This document shows positions 48,562 to 61,800 of a stretch of 64,000 bases of DNA, piece by piece (position 1 is the first letter of the stretch; the number at the start of each line of letters is the position of its first letter). The stretch spans positions 10,664,001 through 10,728,000 of the forward strand of contig JBHGNT010000018.1 in the NCBI GenBank assembly GCA_043228905.1, given 5' to 3'. The stretch is from Azolla caroliniana. Its lineage: Eukaryota; Plantae; Polypodiophyta. The translations under genes and the position numbers were made by a program. Under the pieces are notes generated by a model. It was not told where the DNA came from. It worked only from the letters and a program-made list of their open reading frames with translations, and did no database searches.

Positions 48562-51500
48562 TCATTCTTCCTCCAAAATATCGAGCACACTCTGCTCGAT
48601 GGTGTCAAGTGGTGCTTCTTCCTCCTGTTCCTTGCCCGCCTGGTCTCCGACCTCCGGTTGGGTTGGCTGTTCCGTAAAAATTTGCTGCTCCGGCTCTGCT
48701 TGATTCTGTGGTGCCGGTGCTTCCTCACCGCTTCGTCCGGGTTCTTCCTGTTCTCCCTCTGTTCCAGGCTCTGTTCTGTTACCAGTGTCGCTTTCTCCGG
48801 TCTCGACTGGTCGGCTCGGTACGCTTTCTTCCTCTGCTCTGGTGTCTTCCGGTCTCAGCTCTTCTTCTTCTCCGGCATCGGTCTGCTCCTGCTCTTCTTG
48901 ATTTCCTTCGAACGGAAGTTCTTCTTCGGGTATTCCTTGTCGGGTTTGTTCGGTGTCGGTTGGTTCAACTTCAGCCGGTCGCTCTCCCTCACTTATAGTG
49001 ATTGGCGTCGTTCTTCCCTTGGCTTCCTGTTGTAACTGGTCCTGCTCGTATTTCTCCAACTCCAACTGAGTTGCGAGCTGCCCGTCATCCAACCTCTCTA
49101 CCAACCCTCGGATTTCTTTGAGATGTTCTTCCGCTAAAGCGTAGAAATCCTCCGACAATTCTTCCCGAATGGCGACGATACTTTCTTCATCCATCTTGTA
49201 GAACTTGTCACCGGTCTTCCTCCGATTCTCGGCATCCGCTCGGAGTGTCTGCAGCTCGGCTGCCTGTTGTGACCACTCCTTCCATAGCTTTTCCGTACTT
49301 TCGTTGATGCTTGCCTGAGCTCGGGTACTCCAACCTGACATGATGAGCTTGATCCGGTCAACCCCCGCCTTAGCATGCGCATAAGCTTCTTGCTTTTCCT
49401 TCCTTGCCCGTTTTATAATGTCGGCCATTATCTGAGCCTGGGCCTCGTAATCCGCTTTCTGCTTTTCATAGGTACTTTGCAGTTTGCTGATCGTGAAGGT
49501 CGATCTTTCCTTTTCTTCATTCCTGATCTTAGTCAGATCCAGCTTTTCCCGCCTTAGCGCCTCTAATTCCTTCCTTCTCTTCGTCGCTTGGGCTATTTCC
49601 GCCGACAATGCTTCCTTTTTGACACTGACCTCATCCATTGCCTTAGCCAGATCTAATCGGGTCTCTTTGAGCTGTTCTTTCAGATTCTCTATTTGCCGGT
49701 CGTAGTCTGCTGTCCGTTTCTTGTTGTCCGACTCGGCCTGCTTGTGATCTCGGTAGAGACGGTCGAAGTCCTCCGTCTTCTGCTTCAGGCGTCGGTTTGC
49801 CTGAGCTCTTAACCGGTCGTCCCGGTCCTTCTGTTGTCGGAGTTCTTCCTGCAGTCGTTCTATCTCCTGCTCGGCATGTCGACGAAGTCGGTCCTTCTCC
49901 TTTTGCAGCTTCTCTTTTTCTTCTTGCAGTCGGTCATTAGTGGCTCGGCCTTTCCGGAGGCCTTCTTCCATTTTTCGTCTGTCGTCCTCCACCGCTTTCC
50001 GCTGCTCCCTTTCTCTTTCCCTTAATGCCTCCTGAGCTTTTAACTCCTCTCGTAAGGTTTCTATTATTTTTTAGGTCTCAGGGCCGGTTTGCAAGGCTAC
50101 CGGTTCCGGTTCTGGTTCTGGTTGCTTCCTTGTTGTCCCGACCGGCTCGGTGACAACTTGTGCTTGTTGAATTCCTTCCCTTGCCTGCAACAGCTCCCCT
50201 TGCATTTCCTCGATCTGTGTTCGGAGCGCGACCAACTCCTGAGTTGTTGTATGCGTCGGCTGTTGCCTACACGTTTCTTCTTCCTCTAACTGGTCCGCTA
50301 CTCCCGATAACTGCTCCGAAAGACATCTCAGCCATTGTGGCTTTGTGCTTCCTGTGTCGGGGTGGCCTTGCTCACTTCTACTCCTTAACTCAGGCTGTTT
50401 TTCCGGCCTTTTCTCTGGCTCCGGCGCTTGTTCATTCTTCTTCTCTGGGATGACCGGTTCTCTGAAGTCCGGCACAACCGGTGTCGGTGCTGCTTCCCTC
50501 GGTACGGGTTCCGGTACTGCTTCCGCCTCGGCTACTGGAGGTGGTCCTTGCGCCCTCTACTGAGTTTTGTCAACTGGTGGAGCCGGTCCTTTCGTCCGTC
50601 TCTCCCGACCTTGTCTTGCTGGGAGTCTTACCAGTGGTTCGGATGAGTCTTCTGTTTCAGCTTCCTCCTCCGGTGCGGCTACCAGACGGACCTTTTGTAT
50701 AAAGACCTCTGGTTCCGGTTCCGGCCGTCGCAGCGTTATATTGATTGGTTTGAGCGCTACCGGTTCCTCCTCGGCCGATTTCCCTTTGCCTTTTCCTGCC
50801 GGTTTTGCCTTTGTTGCCGGTTCCTGTTGCTGTCGGGATGGTCCTTCCCCCCGCTGTTCTGCTTCTTGCTGGGTCCATCCGGGGGTGTGTTTCTCCAGGA
50901 TCTGTCGGCGCTTTGTGACCTTTTTCGGCGTCGTCTCCTGCCGACCTCTTTTCTTTTGTGTGATGGGGAGTACCGGTGGGACTAACACCGTTAGCCATTG
51001 TGCTATCCCGGCCCATGACTTTTTTCCTTCCACAAGGTTCTTGATGCCCTCCTTCAATCCTTCGGTTATGAAATGGAGCCAGTCTACTTGTAATCCTTCG
51101 TACGCTGCAATTAAGAACGTTGCCCGGTACCTGGCTATGGCCTGGGGACGAGGATTCACGAATCCGTATTCCATCATGGTGCGGGCCACTTCTTCGAACA
51201 ACAGGTTCTCTCCGCCCTATGTTCGGTACGCCTTGCTGCTGATAGAATACTCACCGAAATATTTGAACAGGATTTCACTTCAAGGTTTTTCGATTGTTTG
51301 AAGTCCTCTTGCTTTTATCCCCGTGAGCGCCTGCACCGCTCCTTCCGTGATTTCTGGTAACTCAATCGATGCTGCCGCCTGCTCTGGTTCTGCGTGTGGT
51401 GGAGCGTCGGCGATCCGCAACAATCCTTTTAACCCGTTCTCCCTCATCCATTGGCGTGCCTCCTCCGACAGTACCATTGTTTCGAATTCTTCTTCTGCTG

Positions 51501-51678
51501 TCTGTTGTTCGGGATCGGGCTGTGTGTGCGCTGTGCGTCGGATCGCTCTTCTGTGCTTCTGCGCCTGTGTGTAGGAAAATTCGTAAAAAGTAAGTCCTTC
51601 GCAGGCCTGTGTCTTATATAGTGGCTCTTGCCTCGAGCCGCCCTTTTTCGTTTCCCGCGCATGTTCATCTCCCGCCAT
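48562..51678 (-). pseudogene. G1 extra sense ORF 3' of pol (~1038 aa; globular N-domain, Pro/Glu linker, long coiled coil, acidic tail) with 4 in-frame stops
   Basis: ORF pieces 51741-51280, 51201-50557, 50475-50071 and 49992-48562 share one frame; stops at 51282-80 TGA, 51219-17 TAG, 50559-57 TAG, 50073-71 TAA. Confidence 0.82.
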
Positions 51679-52169
51679 AATTAGTATGTCCTTTCTTGCT
51701 TGCCGCGTGTGAGTGCCCACGTTCCCTGCTTTAAATAGCAAGTACGCGCACGTCCTTCTTTACTGCATGGCGCCTCTTCGTTGCATGGTGGCGCTCCCAC
51801 CTCTTGTGATCTCCCCATCACTACTATGATTCGCGCCGATTTGGCCCACGTCCTTTTTTTTTTTTTCTTTGTTTGGACCACGTCATTTTCTGGTCCCCCC
51901 TGATTTGTTCGGGTCGGTTCGCGTTGATATCGGATCCTTCTGTCGGTTTTCCGGGATAGTCTTTGTCAGTATCGGTGTCGGTTCTTCCTCGGTCCGAATA
52001 TCTTCAACAGCGTCTGTCGGTGTCAGTTCCTCATCTTGTCGGATTTCCGGGTAATGCTTGAATGGGTTGGCTGGCATATTTCCCTTATACGGCTTTAGCC
52101 GAAACCCATTTGCCCACTTACCGATGACATCTCCAGACAACGTGCCGAGCTGATACGACCCATTGTACT

Positions 52170-55100
52170 TGTTGGGATTTCGGTCCCTCCGGATGGGATG
52201 TCCGGATGATGAAGACCCCGGTTACGGAGCCGGATGAAGAGTACCCGGATACGGATCCGGATGCGGGGACATATTTGTGAATATGTTTGCTAAGAGCCCT
52301 TGTGGCTATATTTGTAAATAGCCCGAAAGTCATATATGTATAAATATGACGTAGGGCAAACAGTTTATGTTGTTGCCTCTTATTTTTTCTGTTTTTCCAC
52401 TTTAGAGAAGTGAAGTGAGAGCAGCCGAGAGAGAGAGAGAGATAGAGCGCGAGAGAGACGAAGAGGTAGACGCCTCTGTGTACTTCCGCCGCCTGTGGCG
52501 AGGACAGGGAGCTCAAGGTCGTTGCCTTGCAGCTCGCCATTGTATATTTCTCTGTGCATAGTTTGGTTCGGAGTCTCGCACTCCCGTGGTTTTTCCCGTA
52601 CAGGGTTTTCCACGTTAATCCCTGTGTATCGCGTCTTTCTCTGTATTTCCTATTTTCTGCTACATTGATCCGCGATTAATCGGTTGTGGCCGAGTGGTGA
52701 AGGTGAATCCAAGCGGTGATTCCTCACAAACTGGTATCAGAGCGATTGTTGCAGAAAATGGAAGGCGGCGGCAGCGGGCAGCCGATGATGATGGTGCTGA
52801 ATGCACAGAATTACGCCGACTGGAAGATCAAGATGGAGGATCTTCTGATTGTTCGGGACCTGTACGAACCGATTGACAGGTCGGAAATACCGAAAGGGGT
52901 ACTTGAGTCGGAGTGGAAGCTCCTGAACCGGAAAGCCGTAGCGACGATCCGACAATACGTCGATGTAAGCGTCCTACAACATGTGGCGAACGACACCAAC
53001 GCATACGAGATGTGGAAGAAGCTGTCGGGCCTCTATGAGAGGAAGAATGCGTTGAACCGGACCTCCCTGATGAGGAAGATTGTGAATCTCAAGTACCGGG
53101 ACGGCGAGAGTATGGTGGAACACGTAAGCACGTTCATGGGATTCGTGAACCAGCTTGCGGCGATCAAGTTCCCGTTGGAGGATGCAATGCAAGCCATCAT
53201 CCTGATGTGTACATTGCCGGACAGCTGGGAGAACTTGGTGGTGACTCTCAGCACCTCCTGCACGGAAGACAACTTGTCCCTACAAACGGTAAAGACAAGT
53301 ATTTTGAACGAAGAAGCGCGTCGGAGAGACAAAGAACCGGCCTCCGACTCGAAGGCGCTGCTTACCGAATCGGAACGGGGAAGACACTGGAACCGGAGTC
53401 CGCAAAGACGGGAGAAGTCGGGGACCCGGTCGCAGTCAAGAGGAAGGCCCACGTGCTTCCACTGTGGGAAGCCGGGGCACTTCCGGAAGAATTGTCGGCA
53501 TTACCGAAAGGACAACGGAGCCGATGACACCGATTCGAAGAAGTCACCGGAGAGAAACGGTGCATACCGGGGAGCCACGGACCGGAGAGGTTCGGATCGG
53601 CGAGGGCAGGACCGGAAAGGAACGACGGCACTCGCGGCAAGTGAAGAAGAGATAATGCTCATTACCGAAGAGAGGGAGCTGAACATTGCCGGCGTAGAGA
53701 TGACCTGGGTGGTCGATTCCGGAGCGTCGTTCCACCTGACCCCGGAGAAGAAATACTTCTCATCCTACACAGCCGGTGAGCACGGCTTTGTCCGGATGGG
53801 AAATGAAGGTACATGCCAGATTGCCGGCATAGGAGACGTGTGGCTGATGACATCAACCGGATGCAAGATGCTGTTGAAGGATGTGCGACACGTTCCGGAG
53901 GTCCGATTGAACCTGATCTCGGCCGGGACGCTAGATGATGAAGGCTACACGGGTAGCATCCGGAACGGCGTAATGAAGTTCAGCAAGGGGAGCCTGATAG
54001 TGGCTCGGGCCCGGAAAGTCAACACACTGTACCTGATGAATGCCCGGTTATGTCCGGAAGAGCTGAATGTGGCAGCCGACACTGCCGGTGAGCTGTGGCA
54101 CAAAAGACTGTGCCACATGAGTGAGAAGGGGATGAAGAGGCTTGCAGAAGACAACCTTATTCCAGTGAAGCATGTGCACCTGGAGAAGTGCACCGACTGC
54201 CTGGCCGGTAAGCAAAACCGGACCTCCTTCCACTCAAGGCCACCGACGAGACGTAGCGCACCATTGGAGTTGGTGCACACTGATGTGTGTCAGGTAGAAA
54301 CGAAGTCACATGGCGGAGCCCAGTACTTCGTAACATTCATAGATGATCACAGCCGAAGACTGTGGACGGCACCGATGAAGACAAAGGACCAAGTATTGTA
54401 CGTCTTCAAAGAACTCCACGCGAGAGTGGAGAGAGAATCCGGCAAGAAGCTGAAAGCGATACGAGCGGATAACGGAGGGGAATACCGGGGGCAGTTCCAG
54501 GAGTACTGTCGCTCGAAGGGAATCCGACTCGAGTTTACTGTGCCGAAGACGCCGGAACTGAACGGGCTGGCCGAGAGGATGAACCGGACCATAATGGAGA
54601 GGGTCCGGAGTATGCTGGCACATGCGAAATTACCCAAGGGGTTTTGGGCTGAGGCAATGTCGACGGCGACATATGTGATAAATAGATCACCCTCAGTACC
54701 TTTGGACGGAGACACGCCGCAGAGAGTGTGGACCGGTAAGGAAGTATCCTACCGGCATCTGAAGGTGTTCGGGTGTCTCGCATACGTGCATGTGGCAAAG
54801 GACCGGAGAGGAAAGCTAGATCCGAAGACCCGGCCATGCATATTCCTCGGTTACGGCGACGACGAGTTCGGCTACCGAGTATGGGACCCGGTCAACAAGA
54901 AGATATTCCGGAGTCGTGATATCATCTTCATGGAGAACAAGACACTCGCCGACTGGGAGTCGGAGAAGAAGATGAAGAGCTCCAAGTCGACCGGTGAGGA
55001 TCAACTCTACGAGGAGCAGTCCCGACCGGCAAGGGACCGGTTAGCACTCGAGGATCCGGCCGAAGACGGTGAAGAAACAGAACCGGCCGAAGAAGATGAA

Positions 55101-57403
55101 AATGATACCGGAACCGGCCCCGATCCCGAAATGGATTCGGATGAAGAAGAAGAATCGGAAGAACCGGTTACCGAAGCTCCCGAACGGAGATATCCTCTAA
55201 GAGAGAGGAGAGCCCCCCGGAGATTTCCGGAACCAGAGCACGTGCTGCTAACCGACGAGGGGGAGCCGGAGAGCTTTGAAGAAGCAAAGCATGACATCTA
55301 GAGCCGCAGGTGGTTGAGTGCCATGCAGGACGAGATGGATTCCCTGCATGAGAACCACACATATGAACTTGTGGAGTTGCCGAGAGGAAAACGGGCACTC
55401 CGTAACAAGTGGGTGTTCAAGCTGAAACCGGGAGATGCCGGAAACCCCCCGAGATACAAAGCCAGGATCGTGGTGAAGGGGTTTCAGCAGAAGAAGGGCG
55501 TCGACTTCGACGAGATATTTGCCCCGGTAGTGAAGATGACCTCCATCCGGACGGTGCTGAGCATAGCGGCAAGCATGGACCTCGAGGTAGAACAGATGGA
55601 CGTGAAGACGGCATTCCTTCACGGTGACCTCGAAGAAGAGATCTACATGCAGCAACCGGAAGGATTCGAGAAGAAAGGGAAGGAGCACCTGGTATGCCGG
55701 TTGAAGAAGAGCCTTTACGGACTGAAGCAGGCTCCCCGGCAATGGTACCGGAAGTTCGACTCCTTCATGACCGACGAAGGGTACCTCAAAACGCAGTCCG
55801 ATCACTGCGTGTTTGTGAAGAAGTTCGAAGGAGGAGACTTTCTAATACTCCTCTTGTACGTGGACGACATGTTGATCGTCGGACGGGACCAGGTCAAGAT
55901 ACGGATGCTGAAGAAGGCTCTTCACCGAACCTTCTCAATGAAGGACCTGGGTCCGGCGAGACAAATACTAGGGATGCATATCATCCGGGACCGGAAGAAG
56001 AAGCAGTTGTGGCTGTCACAGGAGAAGTACATGACGAAGGTGCTTCACCGGTTCAACATGTCGGAAGCAAGACCGGTCGGATCAACCCTACCGGCAAACT
56101 GCAAGTTGTCCAGCAAGCAAAGTCCCAAGACAAAGGCTGAAAAGGAGGATATGATGAAAGTGCCATATGCCTCAGCCGTCGGGAGCTTGATGTACGCCAT
56201 GGTGTGTACGAGACCGGACATCGGATATGCAGTCGGAGTGGTGAGCCGGTACATGAGCAATCCCGGCAAAGAGCATTGGAACGCGGTCAAGTGGATACTC
56301 CGATACCTGAAGGGCACAGCGAATGTGTGCCTCCGATTCGGCTCCGGTAAACCCGAACTCGACGGTTTCACCGATTCGGATATGTCGGCTGATGCAGATA
56401 CCAGCCGGTCCACATCAGGGTATGTGATGACGTATGCAGGGGGAGCCGTTTCGTGGCAGTCGAGGCTGCAGAAGACGGTTGCGTTGTCAACCACGGAGGC
56501 GGAGTACATGGCAGCTGTTGAAGCCGGCAAGGAAATAATATGGATGAAGGACTTCATTAGAGAGCTCGGAATCCGGCAGGAGGAGTACCGACTCTACTGC
56601 GATAGTCAGAGTGCCATCCACCTTGCAAAGAACGCGGCCTACTATTCCCGGACGAAACACATCCAGCGTAGATACCACTGGATCCGGGAAAGGATAGAAG
56701 ACAAGGAGTTCGTGCTGACGAAGATCCACACGGACGAGAACGGGTCGGATATGCTGACCAAGGTGCTCACACCCGACAAGCTGGAAGCATGCCGGAAGAG
56801 GATCGGGTTGGAGAGACATCCCATGCCGAAGTGAAGGGGGAGTTTGTTGGGATTTCGGTCCCTCCGGATGGGATGTCCGGATGATGAAGACCCCGGTTAC
56901 GGAGCCGGATGAAGAGTACCCGGATACGGATCCGGATGCGGGGACATATTTGTGAATATGTTTGCTAAGAGCCCTTGTGGCTATATTTGTAAATAGCCCG
57001 AAAGTCATATATGTATAAATATGACGTAGGGCAAACAGTTTATGTTGTTGCCTCTTATTTTTTCTGTTTTTCCACTTTAGAGAAGTGAAGTGAGAGCAGC
57101 CGAGAGAGAGAGAGAGATAGAGCGCGAGAGAGACGAAGAGGTAGACGCCTCTGTGTACTTCCGCCGCCTGTGGCGAGGACAGGGAGCTCAAGGTCGTTGC
57201 CTTGCAGCTCGCCATTGTATATTTCTCTGTGCATAGTTTGGTTCGGAGTCTCGCACTCCCGTGGTTTTTCCCGTACAGGGTTTTCCACGTTAATCCCTGT
57301 GTATCGCGTCTTTCTCTGTATTTCCTATTTTCTGCTACATTGATCCGCGATTAATCGGTTGTGGCCGAGTGGTGAAGGTGAATCCAAGCGGTGATTCCTC
57401 ACA
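52170..57403 (+). mobile_element. Full-length young Copia C2 (sister of C1), LTRs 52170-52728 and 56845-57403
   Basis: 559-bp LTRs appear identical; TSD GTACT (52165-52169, 57404-57408); PBS TGGTATCAGAGC 52732-52743; PPT GAAGGGGGAG. Confidence 0.97.
52758..56834 (+). pseudogene. C2 gag-pol frame with one in-frame TAG at 55299-55301
   Basis: Highly similar to the C1 polyprotein; ORFs 52716-55301 and 55314-56834 are in frame. Confidence 0.93.
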
Positions 57404-58840
57404 GTACTCCTTCGTGATCCAGAACGGTCCGGTCCACCGAAACCGCAACTTTCCCGGCATGTTCCCCATCCGTGTCTGGAATAGTAGCACCGGTTTCCTG
57501 ACTTCGAACTCCTTTTCGTTGCCACGCCGGTGTCGGTCCACAAAAGCTTTTCTCCTCCTTTGCTCCAGTTCGAGTTGTAGTAAGTTGGCTATTCGGTTTT
57601 CTTCTAATTCCAACAACGTCGCCAGCCGGATTCGTTCGGACTCCTTCTCACTTAAGCGCTCCTTTACCTGGATCCGTAAGCTGGGGATCTGGAACTCTAC
57701 CGGCATGACCGCTTCTAAACCGAATGCTAGTCGGAACGGGGTTGTCCGGATGCTGGTTTTGTACGTTGTTCGGTACGCCCATAACACGCTTTGCAATTTC
57801 GTATCCCAGTCGGTCCGGTTCTCGTTGACGATTTTTCGTAGGATGTTCTGCAGAGTTTTGTTCGTTGATTCCATTAGTCCATTGGCTTGAGGGTAGTAGG
57901 GAGTACTCTTTTTATGTACCACCGCGTAAAATGACGTCAGGCTTTCTACTACCTGCCCGAGAAAATGTCCTCCTTGGTCACTTATAAGCTCGATCGGGCA
58001 TCCATACCGGCACCATATGCACTCGTACAGGAACTTTGCCGTGGACGCGGCCGTGTTGTCCCGTAAGGCCTTTGCTTCTACCCATTTGGTGCAATAGTCG
58101 GTCGCCACTATGACATACCGATTTCCGGTTCGCATTGCCGGTGGCTTGAAGGGACCGACAAAGTCCAAACCCCATTTTTGAAACGGTTCCAATGGCAAGA
58201 CCGGGTGGTGTGGCATCCGGGCCTGCTTCGTGGGTTGGCCCAGTCGTTGACACAAATCGCATTCTTTGCTATACTTCACGACATCTTTTAGGGTGGTAGG
58301 CCACCACAGTCCGCTCTGCCATATTTTCCGAGCGGTTGCGTCGCCGGCATAATGCCCGCCGGCAATTCCACAGTGGGCTTCCCTGAGGATTAAATCCTTC
58401 TCATCGTTTCGCACTGCTCGTCTCCAGATGCCATCTGCCCCCTTGTGATAGAGGGTGTCTCCAACCAAGCAGAAATGTCTGCTTCTTACTGCTACCCTTT
58501 TCCTTTCATCGCGGTCCATGTTCTCCAGGGGTACTCCGGTGCTCAGGAACTGATGCATCTCAGTTAGCCACGTGTCTTCATCGGCTACCGTTGCATCCGT
58601 TGCCGGTTTCGTCGTGATCCGGAACAACTCGGCCTCGGGGAACTCATCCTGGACGCCGTCCCCTGCTTCTCCGGATTCGAGTCTGCTTAAGTAGTCCGCT
58701 ACCGCATGGTGCGCCCCGGGTCGGTGGAAAATGTCGAATTCAAATTCCTGTAACAACAGTGTCCATCGTGCAATTTTTCCCGTCAGGGATGCCTTCGAGA
58801 CCAGGTAGAGTAGTGCCGAATGGTCGACATGGAAGGAAAA

Positions 58841-61800
58841 TGTTACCCCGTACGAGCTGTACGGAGAGTCAAGTGTGATGAGCGAGGGTCGAATATTATC
58901 ATGATGATGTTGTATATGTGTAGGGAACATAAATGTAATTGTGAGTCGATATGTATGTGAACACATGCACACGTGTGTGCATGTGGAGGGATACGATGAG
59001 GTGTGAGTGAGTGTCCAATATGAATGCTCTAGGGGGCTTACACCCCTTTGTATCTACCCCCTCTTGTACTATTTAACCCCTTTATGGGGAATGAATGATG
59101 AGGGAATCATTTCTCTCTATCTATCTCTCTTTTCATCTCTCTCTCTCTCTCTTATCCCTCTCCTTAACGTTGAACCCCCTTGGGAGGGGGGTGGAGCCAT
59201 TCTAGGCACCACCCCCCACCCCGCAATGCTTGTCTTGTTCTTCATGTTCTCTCTCACCATCTTACCAATCATCATCTCCACCATTACACAATGTCTATCT
59301 TCATCATCAATCATCATCATCATCATTCTCATTAACCCTAACCCTAAAAAACCTACAACACCTTTTGGCGACCACAGCGGCGGACCCCCTTTGATGAAGA
59401 AGTCCAAGAAGAGAACGTGGCAGCATGATGTGTGAGAAATGACAGAAACATGCAAATGACGGCGACGATGTTCAATGTATGTGGAAGCGAAGAAATGGAA
59501 ACGATGACGTTTGTGTACGAGTGCAAGAAATGATGATGCGATGGAGGAATGCATGAATGGCAACAATGGTTGTGCGAGGTTGCGATTAGTGTCAATGTGC
59601 GGGTTTCCGATGCGGTTAGCGACAATGTGCGTGTTTTTGAAAGCGTGGTGCAAGATGCACGGCTGTACAAACTGCGATGCAGTGGGAACCGGTGCCAGCA
59701 CGACCGGAAAGAGAAGCCCACCAGAAGACTGCGGAGAAAGTCGCAGTGTGTGGAGTGGAGACCGGTAGGATGTGCTGAGAATGCACGAGAGGTGGTTCTA
59801 AAAGAAGCAACACACAGAGAGTCGGAACCAGAATCGGAACCAGAACCGGAGCCGGTTAACACCGAAGGGCCGAAGAAGACGGAGGAGATGCAGATGCAAA
59901 CCAGACATCAACCAATAGCGCTGGAAAGATACGGACGGATGCACTAGACAAAGGTGACCAAAAAGACACAAGACACAGTAGGATGGGTCAAATGGACCAG
60001 AACAGGCCGCACTAAGACGACTCGATGGCCAGAGGACGATGGACGGTGCCGGACGACGACGAACCGACAGAGACAACGATAGAGACATCTGGAGATGGAC
60101 TAGACAGACACGACAACGCCTGATAATGGCCGGCCGACGGAGACGATAACAGAACCGGATGAGCAGCGGTGCCAGAGCGGTGATAGGACAACAGAACGGA
60201 CAGAAGGAGAGACAGTTGGAAGGGACCGGACAACCGGACAAACGACAAAAACGACCGGAAAGACGAAGGGACGACCGAACATGCCAAACGGACGAAGCGG
60301 CCGAACAACGATAGTTGGAGACAGGGACGACTGACCACAACAGAAAGTGCTGGAGACAGAGACGGCAACCTATGAACAGGTACCGGATAGCGCCAGACAA
60401 AGGTGACGATGGTCGGAATGGAGGCGGCCGGAATGGCCGGACAACGACCGGAATAGCCGAACAGTCATCAAAGTGGCCGAACCTGCGACGGCCAGACAAC
60501 CAACAATCGAGAAGTGGCTGAATAAATGGTGACCAATAGAGATGGAAAGATGGAGAAATGGTGAGCGAAGGCCGGAAAGATAGTGATGGCCGCACGGGCT
60601 AGATGGACAGGCGCCGGACAGGGAAGATAGAGAAGCATGTGCCGCCGGATAAGAGCGGAATAGCGGTCGACAACACCCAGAATGGCGACACCAATAGAGA
60701 TGGAGGAGAGGCCAGAAAAGCGCCGGCCGGAGAGCAACCGAAGAGCAGTTGGAGTGGCCGAAGGGCGCCGGAACAAAGGCGGCTGGACCGAGCGACGACT
60801 GAAACAGTTGCGGTCAGACAAGCGTCCGAACAGAGGCGGCTGGTCACAAAGCGATGGTGACAGAAATAGAGACATGAAATGGACAACTGAATAGGGATGA
60901 ATGGAAACCCTAGCCACACCGACGGAGAGCAATGGAGAAGAAAAAGGAACAAAGATATAGAGAGGGAAGCAAAAAAATTAGAAGAAACGAAGCAGGAAAA
61001 CACAAGAAGAAGAAGAAGAAGGAAGGAATCAGAGGAGAGACAAATAGAAAGGAGGGAAACGACAGAAGCAAGAGAAAAACAAGAAAACAAGAAAAGAAAA
61101 AAGAGGGAAAAAGAGATTGATAAGGGGCATTCGAGGAGTTTTGAAAACCTGAGGGCATCCGAAGATTTCATAAACATAAGGGTACATAATTAAAATTTTA
61201 AAAAATCAAAGGGCACCTAAAGAAGTTCGAAAACCCATTAACCTAAAAGAAATGAACGTGATCGACCACGACAACTCACAAAATCAACAAAGAATAACAT
61301 ACATACACACAACATTTTTAAGGACCCGAAAGAGGATACCAAAGTTCGTAAGACGACAGAATGAGAATGTTCATGTCGCGGAAAAGTCGCTGACCAATGG
61401 AGATGATCGAGTCAAGCGCTCCGATCGAGGGAGTCGATCGTTGAAAGGACCGATGGAAGTTCCGGTCGAAGAGATATCATCATCAAGGCATGTGGGATTG
61501 ACGTGCAAGGCACTTTCCCACGGGCGTGCCATATTGTGTTACCCCGTACGAGCTGTACGGAGAGTCAAGTGTGATGAGCGAGGGTCGAATATTATCATGA
61601 TGATGTTGTATATGTGTAGGGAACATAAATGTAATTGTGAGTCGATATGTATGTGAACACATGCACACGTGTGTGCATGTGGAGGGATACGATGAGGTGT
61701 GAGTGAGTGTCCAATATGAATGCTCTAGGGGGCTTACACCCCTTTGTATCTACCCCCTCTTGTACTATTTAACCCCTTTATGGGGAATGAATGATGAGGG

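Noticed and set aside
58870-58900. Hammerhead ribozyme (retrozyme) core in the N1 LTR: GTGATGAGCGAGGGTCGAAT
   Set aside because: Lacks exact CUGANGA and GAAA cores and I could not build stems I/III; an Infernal search would settle it.
59332-59346. Interstitial telomere (AACCCTAACCCTA)
   Set aside because: Only two units and part of the LTR; at most a telo-box-like motif.
59353-61193. ORFs of 130-265 aa inside N1
   Set aside because: Low-complexity products of strand-skewed composition; no recognisable domain.
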